A stretch of DNA of 64,000 nt from Clostridiales bacterium (lineage in GTDB: Bacteria > Bacillota > Clostridia > Peptostreptococcales > Anaerovoracaceae): assembly GCA_012744355.1 (NCBI GenBank), contig JAAYHV010000066.1, positions 383 to 64,382 of the forward strand, written 5' to 3'. Of the stretch, positions 59,086-64,000 are shown one piece after another. Positions within the stretch are counted from its first letter, which is position 1; each line of letters starts with the position of its first letter. The translations under genes were made by a program, and so were the position numbers. The notes under the pieces were generated by a model. The model was not told the origin of the DNA. It ran no database searches and saw nothing but the letters and a program-made list of their open reading frames with translations.

Positions 59086-60825
59086 ATGACTAAGGCGTTA
59101 GATACATATAAGAAATGGATAGATAGTGAAGATATAGATGATTCCACAAGAGAAGAACTGCTAGGAATAGAGAATGACACTAAAGAAATTGAAGAAAGGT
59201 TTTATGCTGACTTAGATTTTGGAACGGCGGGGCTCAGAGGAATACTAGGCGCTGGAACGAATAGGATGAACGTATATACTGTTGCACTTGCAACTGCAGG
59301 TTACGGAAAAGTAATAGCAAAACGCGGAAAAGACGCAATAGAAAGAGGCGTTGCTGTTTCATACGACACAAGAATATGTTCTGATGAATTTGCAGAAATG
59401 GCTGTAAGAGTTCTATGCAGCATGGGAATAAAGGTTTATTTAACGGAAGAGGGACGTCCTGTTCCGGTTTTGTCATATTCAATAAGAAAATATGGATGCA
59501 TAGGCGGAATAATGATTACGGCATCACATAATCCTTCTAAATACAATGGCCTTAAAGTTTACGGAGAAGATGGAAGCCAACTTAATCCTGATGATGCTAA
59601 AAAAGTAAAAATGGAGATGGAAAACATAGTAGATGTTTTTGCCCTAACGAAATCACTAACAACATTGGATTCGTTCCATGATCAGTGCGCTGTTGAATAC
59701 ATGGGCGAAAATCTTGATAAGAGCTATACCGAAATGCTTTTAGGCTTATCTATAAATCCCGAAATAGTTAAGAAACATGCGGATATGAAAATAGTTTATT
59801 CACCATTAAACGGTACAGGCAATAAGCCGGTTAGAAGGGTTCTTAAGGAATTAGGATTTAATAATGTTATGGTAGTGCCAGAGCAAGAACATCCCGATGG
59901 AAGATTCCCTACAGTTGAAGTTCCGAACCCTGAACTTAGAGAAACAATGGAGCTTTCTATCAAACTTGCAGAAAAAACCCAGGCATCACTTGTGATAGCA
60001 ACTGATCCTGATTCTGATAGAACAGGCCTTTGTGTTAGAGACGATAAGGGCAAATACAGAGTGTTAACAGGAAATCAAATTGCACTTCTTTTAATGGAAT
60101 ACATTTTAGATTCTAAAGCTAGCAGAGGTGAACTTCCTGAAAATAGTTTTTGCGTATCAACAATAGTATCTACAAAACTTGCAAGGACAATTTGCGAATA
60201 CTACGGAGTTGTGCTGTACGAAGTTTTAACTGGATTTAAATACATTGGAGAAAAAATAAAAGATCTAGATGAATTTGGTGAACAACATTTTCAATTTGGA
60301 TTTGAAGAAAGCTTTGGATATCTTGCGGGAACTGATGTTAGAGATAAGGATGCTGTAGTTGCAAGTATGCTTCTTTCTGAAATGGCGGCGGTATCTATGG
60401 AAAAAGGCGAAACCCTATTTGATAGATTAGAAAAAATATATGAGAAATTTGGGTATGCTGCAGAAAAAACAGTAGCTATAACTCGTGAAGGTATGGAAGG
60501 CAAAAAGAAAATTGAAAGTGCGCTTGTAAATTTACGAAAAGATTTTAAACTTGAAGGAGTAGTGGCAGTAAAGGATTACCTTGATGGTTATAAATGTATA
60601 ATAGCTACAGGAGAAAAGGAAAAGCTTGATTTACCTAGTAGCAACGTTTTGATTTATGAAATGGAAGGAATAGATTGGCTATGCGTAAGGCCTTCAGGCA
60701 CTGAACCTAAACTTAAAATATACTTTGGCTTTTATGGAGATAATAAAGCTGCAGCAGAGAATAAACTAGAGAGAATAAGTAAAGCGGTAATAGACAGAAT
60801 ACAAGAAGAATTAAAAGGAGAATAA
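59086..60825 (+). CDS. pgcA: phosphoglucomutase / phosphomannomutase family protein
   Basis: ATG 59086. About 580 aa with the active-site TASHNPSKYNG and the ATDPDSDR metal loop. Confidence 0.88.
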   Translation: MTKALDTYKKWIDSEDIDDSTREELLGIENDTKEIEERFYADLDFGTAGLRGILGAGTNRMNVYTVALATAGYGKVIAKRGKDAIERGVAVSYDTRICSDEFAEMAVRVLCSMGIKVYLTEEGRPVPVLSYSIRKYGCIGGIMITASHNPSKYNGLKVYGEDGSQLNPDDAKKVKMEMENIVDVFALTKSLTTLDSFHDQCAVEYMGENLDKSYTEMLLGLSINPEIVKKHADMKIVYSPLNGTGNKPVRRVLKELGFNNVMVVPEQEHPDGRFPTVEVPNPELRETMELSIKLAEKTQASLVIATDPDSDRTGLCVRDDKGKYRVLTGNQIALLLMEYILDSKASRGELPENSFCVSTIVSTKLARTICEYYGVVLYEVLTGFKYIGEKIKDLDEFGEQHFQFGFEESFGYLAGTDVRDKDAVVASMLLSEMAAVSMEKGETLFDRLEKIYEKFGYAAEKTVAITREGMEGKKKIESALVNLRKDFKLEGVVAVKDYLDGYKCIIATGEKEKLDLPSSNVLIYEMEGIDWLCVRPSGTEPKLKIYFGFYGDNKAAAENKLERISKAVIDRIQEELKGE

Positions 60826-60826
60826 G

Positions 60827-61819
60827 ATGAAAATACTATTAACTGGTGGAGCTGGATACATTGGTTCTCATACAGCAGTAGAGCTTTTAAACTCAGGACA
60901 CGAAGTGATTATTGCAGACAATTACTCTAACAGTAAGCCAGAGATCATTGATAAGATACGAGAGATTACAGGAAAAAGAATTAAAGCCTACGAGGCTGAC
61001 TGCTGTGAATACAATCAAATGAAACAGCTTTTAAGCAATGAAAAAATCGATGCAGTAATTCACTTTGCAGGGTATAAAGCGGTGGGAGAATCCGTAGAAA
61101 AACCTCTTAAGTATTATAGAAACAATTTAGATTCTGCAATTACAATGATTGAACTGATCAAAGAGTTTAATATTACTAATTTTGTTTTCAGTTCTTCTGC
61201 AACTGTTTATGGAGATTCAGCGCCGCCATGCGATGAAACGATGAATACAGGATGCACAAATCCTTATGGATGGACTAAGTACATGATCGAACAGATTGTA
61301 AGAGATGTTTCTGTAGCTTGGCCTGAATTTAGCGGCGTCCTTTTAAGATATTTTAATCCTATTGGCGCGCATAAAAGCGGATTAATAGGCGAAAAGAATA
61401 ATGGAATACCAAATAACCTTATGCCATATATAACTAAAGTGGCTTCTGGGGAGCTTGAAAAGCTTAGCGTATTTGGATGTGACTATCCTACGCCTGATGG
61501 AACTGGTGTTAGAGACTATATTCATGTTGTTGATTTGGCTAAAGGCCATGTTAAGGCAATTGAATATGCTGCTGATAATAAAGGCGCTGAAGTAATTAAC
61601 TTAGGAACAGGAAGAGGATATAGCGTCCTTGAAATAATCAAAGCATTTGAAAAGGTAAATGAAATCAACATTAATTATAAAATAGTTGAAAGAAGACCAG
61701 GTGACATAGCCGAGATGTGCGCCGATGCAAGGAAAGCAAAACGAGTACTTGATTGGGAAGCTAAGGAGTCTCTTGAAGACATGTGCAAAGATTCTTGGAG
61801 ATGGGAACAAAACTGCTAA
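60827..61819 (+). CDS. galE: UDP-glucose 4-epimerase
   Basis: 330 aa with GGAGYIGSH, an SSSATVYG serine and YGWTK (YxxxK). Confidence 0.94.
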   Translation: MKILLTGGAGYIGSHTAVELLNSGHEVIIADNYSNSKPEIIDKIREITGKRIKAYEADCCEYNQMKQLLSNEKIDAVIHFAGYKAVGESVEKPLKYYRNNLDSAITMIELIKEFNITNFVFSSSATVYGDSAPPCDETMNTGCTNPYGWTKYMIEQIVRDVSVAWPEFSGVLLRYFNPIGAHKSGLIGEKNNGIPNNLMPYITKVASGELEKLSVFGCDYPTPDGTGVRDYIHVVDLAKGHVKAIEYAADNKGAEVINLGTGRGYSVLEIIKAFEKVNEININYKIVERRPGDIAEMCADARKAKRVLDWEAKESLEDMCKDSWRWEQNC

Positions 61820-61914
61820 CTTGATGATTAACGCAAACCACCTATGATTTTGTATTCAAATGCAAATTAAAAATATATTAAAGGCGGTAAGTACAATTTA
61901 ATTATTATGGATAT

Positions 61915-61973
61915 AAAAATGCACCTCTAAATATTAGACTTTTCTTCGTCTAATGTTTGAGGTGCAATTTGTT
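61915..61973. terminator. bidirectional terminator between galE and the convergent nucleotidyltransferase gene
   Basis: About 18-bp hairpin, GCACCTC(t)AAATATTAGAC-tttcttc-GTCTAATGTTTGAGGTGC, flanked by A-rich and T-rich runs. Confidence 0.75.
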
Positions 61974-61986
61974 TAAGTTATATTAT

Positions 61987-62892
61987 TTATTTCCAAAGTT
62001 TTGAAGGGTATTTGCCTTCCTTCTTCATTTTTTCAATGGATGCTACAACAACGGGTTTATCTTCTTTATACGTAACTCCAAACCATTTGTCGCTAGATGT
62101 AAGTACATCTACGCTTATCTTATCCTCAGAAATAAGTTCATCTATTTTAGAGGGCAATAGATATTCGCTTTTCATAGGATTTGTTTTAAGAGCTTCATCT
62201 AAAAACAGAGAAAAACCTTCTTCGGCTTCTTTCATAAATGCTTCGTTGATTCCCCACATGTTCATAGATACCGGGGTGCCTTGAGTAAGCTCATAATCCA
62301 CATTATCTTCCGTATATGTTATTTTACCTTTTATTTCTGCTATATCATAGGTTTCTTTTAATCCAATTAGCTTGTTGCTTTCTGAAATTTCACAAACACC
62401 TCTTGTAACGCTGCCATTTTCAGATAGTGTGTTTTCAATTTTGTATCCTACCATGCAGTAGTTTTCTTCGGTTGATTTATCGGCTAGATAATCATATATT
62501 TTAACAAAAGCTTCTTTACCATAATAGTCATCTGCGTTTATAACTGCAAAAGGTGCATCAATGGAATCTTTAGCTGCCATAACTGCGTGGCACGTTCCCC
62601 AAGGTTTTGTTCTGCCTTCAGGCACTTTATATCCTTTAGGTAAATCATCTATATTTTGATAAGCATAAGAAACATCAAAATACTTACCTGCTCTAGTATC
62701 AATAAAAGATTTAAAAGCTTCTTCAAAGTCATGCCTTATAACAAAGACGACTTTTCTAAAACCTGCTTCATAAGCATCGTAGAGGGAAAAATCCATGATG
62801 ATTTCACCTTCATCAGTTATTGGGTCAATCTGCTTAAATCCGCCGTATCTGCTTCCCATTCCAGCTGCCATTATTAATAGTATTGGTTTCAT
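61987..62892 (-). CDS. sugar-phosphate nucleotidyltransferase, specificity unknown
   Basis: 301 aa with the N-terminal AAGMGSRYGGFKQ (GxGxR) nucleotidyltransferase signature and an NADDYY motif. Confidence 0.8.
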   Translation of the reverse strand: MKPILLIMAAGMGSRYGGFKQIDPITDEGEIIMDFSLYDAYEAGFRKVVFVIRHDFEEAFKSFIDTRAGKYFDVSYAYQNIDDLPKGYKVPEGRTKPWGTCHAVMAAKDSIDAPFAVINADDYYGKEAFVKIYDYLADKSTEENYCMVGYKIENTLSENGSVTRGVCEISESNKLIGLKETYDIAEIKGKITYTEDNVDYELTQGTPVSMNMWGINEAFMKEAEEGFSLFLDEALKTNPMKSEYLLPSKIDELISEDKISVDVLTSSDKWFGVTYKEDKPVVVASIEKMKKEGKYPSKLWK

Positions 62893-63035
62893 AATTAGCT
62901 CCTCACTTTTTATTATCTACTAATCATTTTAACATTACTTGTACAAATAGTAAAGGCACATTAAGACGGATTTATTGGTGCAAAAATTTCTCACAAGGTG
63001 TATAATTATTCTAATACTATGTTTAGGAGAAGGAT

Positions 63036-64000
63036 ATGAATATTAATCTTAATAATGATTGGAAATACTATGAAGAATTTGATGAAAGCTTAATAAAAGG
63101 CTTTGTGGAAGAGGGCTTAAATGTAAGACTTCCTCACACTTTTAAAATACTTGATGCAAATTACGCGGATTCTTTACTCTATCAGAGAGATTCTATATAT
63201 GTTAAAACGATTAAATTCGATGAACAGTGGAATAGTAAGAGGGTTTTTCTTAATATAGAGGGCGCCGCCCACTGCAGCATGGTATATTTAAACGGTAAAT
63301 TTTTAAATGAACACCGCTGCGGCTATACATCTTACAAGACTGAGCTTACAGAAGAACTGGTAAAAGGCGATAATATTCTTGGGGTAAGGGTTGATAGCAG
63401 AGAAAGAAGTGATATTCCTCCTTTTGGCGGAACGTTAGATTACCTAGCATATAGCGGTCTTTACAGAGAAGTAAGCCTAGAGATAAAAAACACCTCATAT
63501 ATAGAAGATGTATACGTTCACACAGAAGGAAAAAAGCTAACAGCAGATGTAGTAATTGAAAATCGTCTAGAAGGCTGCTCACTTAAATATGAACTTTTAG
63601 ACGGTGATAAAACAACTGATCTGGGAAGTGAACTAGATTCTAGGGAGTGCAACGTTTCTCTTTGGGATGTTGATAATCCAAAGCTGTATTATTTAATTGT
63701 AAAACTTTATGACAAGGATAATCTAATTGATCAGAAAAAAATAAGATTTGGATTTAGAGATATAAAATTTGAGAAAGATGGCTTTTATATAAATGGTAAA
63801 AAACTTAAACTTAGAGGATTAAACAGGCATCAATCATATCCATACGTTGGATATGCCATGCCTAAATCTGGGCAGGTAAGCGATGCCAATTTACTTAAGA
63901 ATGACTTGGGCTTAAACTGCGTACGCACATCTCATTACCCTCAGTCTAAGCACTTCATAGATAGGTGCGATGAGATAGGGCTTTTGGTATTTACAGAGAT
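63036..64000 (+). CDS. glycoside hydrolase family 2 (beta-galactosidase/beta-glucuronidase-like), N-terminal part; the 3' end lies outside the window
   Basis: Not in the ORF track because no stop codon falls inside the window. ATG 63036 follows AGGAGAAGG. My hand translation reads MNINLNNDWKYY ... LNIEGAAHCSMVYLNGKFL ... FGFRDIKFEKDGFYINGKKLKLRGLNRHQSYPY ... NCVRTSHYPQS, which is typical GH2. Confidence 0.85.
   Translation, partial: MNINLNNDWKYYEEFDESLIKGFVEEGLNVRLPHTFKILDANYADSLLYQRDSIYVKTIKFDEQWNSKRVFLNIEGAAHCSMVYLNGKFLNEHRCGYTSYKTELTEELVKGDNILGVRVDSRERSDIPPFGGTLDYLAYSGLYREVSLEIKNTSYIEDVYVHTEGKKLTADVVIENRLEGCSLKYELLDGDKTTDLGSELDSRECNVSLWDVDNPKLYYLIVKLYDKDNLIDQKKIRFGFRDIKFEKDGFYINGKKLKLRGLNRHQSYPYVGYAMPKSGQVSDANLLKNDLGLNCVRTSHYPQSKHFIDRCDEIGLLVFTE

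Overview
The window is an AT-rich, gene-dense chromosomal core region of a low-GC Bacillota (Clostridia/Tissierellia-like) genome; I cannot name the species. About 55 protein genes are almost all recognisable housekeeping or biosynthetic functions. In order they are: rplS(partial)-rbgA-rnhB-fhs, an RNase H1, oppBCDFA, folD, leuACDB (minus strand, behind a Leu T-box) divergent from ilvBNCD, and a his operon (hisZ-G-C-B-H-A-F-IE-K, with no hisD). Then come ilvE plus a DUF815 ATPase, a small alarmone synthetase, an inserted-looking acyltransferase, valS-folC-glyA, a small P-loop protein and a CoA-type NUDIX hydrolase. A BMP-type nucleoside ABC transporter runs without gaps into ygiQ, an orphan DNA methyltransferase, a YitT protein and a tRNA-Arg(UCG). 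The rest is an aminopeptidase P, an acyl-CoA ligase, a CaCA exchanger, a YprB-like exonuclease-ychF-lgt block (minus strand), a LexA-boxed Y-family polymerase with a small unknown ORF, pgi-pgcA-galE, a sugar nucleotidyltransferase and a truncated GH2 glycosidase. I found no CRISPR array, IS element, prophage or recognisable defence island. None of the leads below is a clear multi-gene novel system, and all need transcriptomic or comparative confirmation. (1) A promoter-to-terminator unit of about 90 nt with four C-rich motifs sits directly on the RBS of the YprB-like exonuclease gene; it is either an sRNA or an attenuator. (2) A beta-class orphan methyltransferase with an uncharacterised C-terminal domain is translationally coupled into a housekeeping operon. 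(3) An SOS-controlled polymerase is paired with an 88-aa unknown partner. (4) A DUF815 AAA+ ATPase is coupled to ilvE. (5) A monocistronic 141-aa P-loop protein has its own promoter and terminator. (6) ~28-bp direct repeats bracket the acyltransferase gene.
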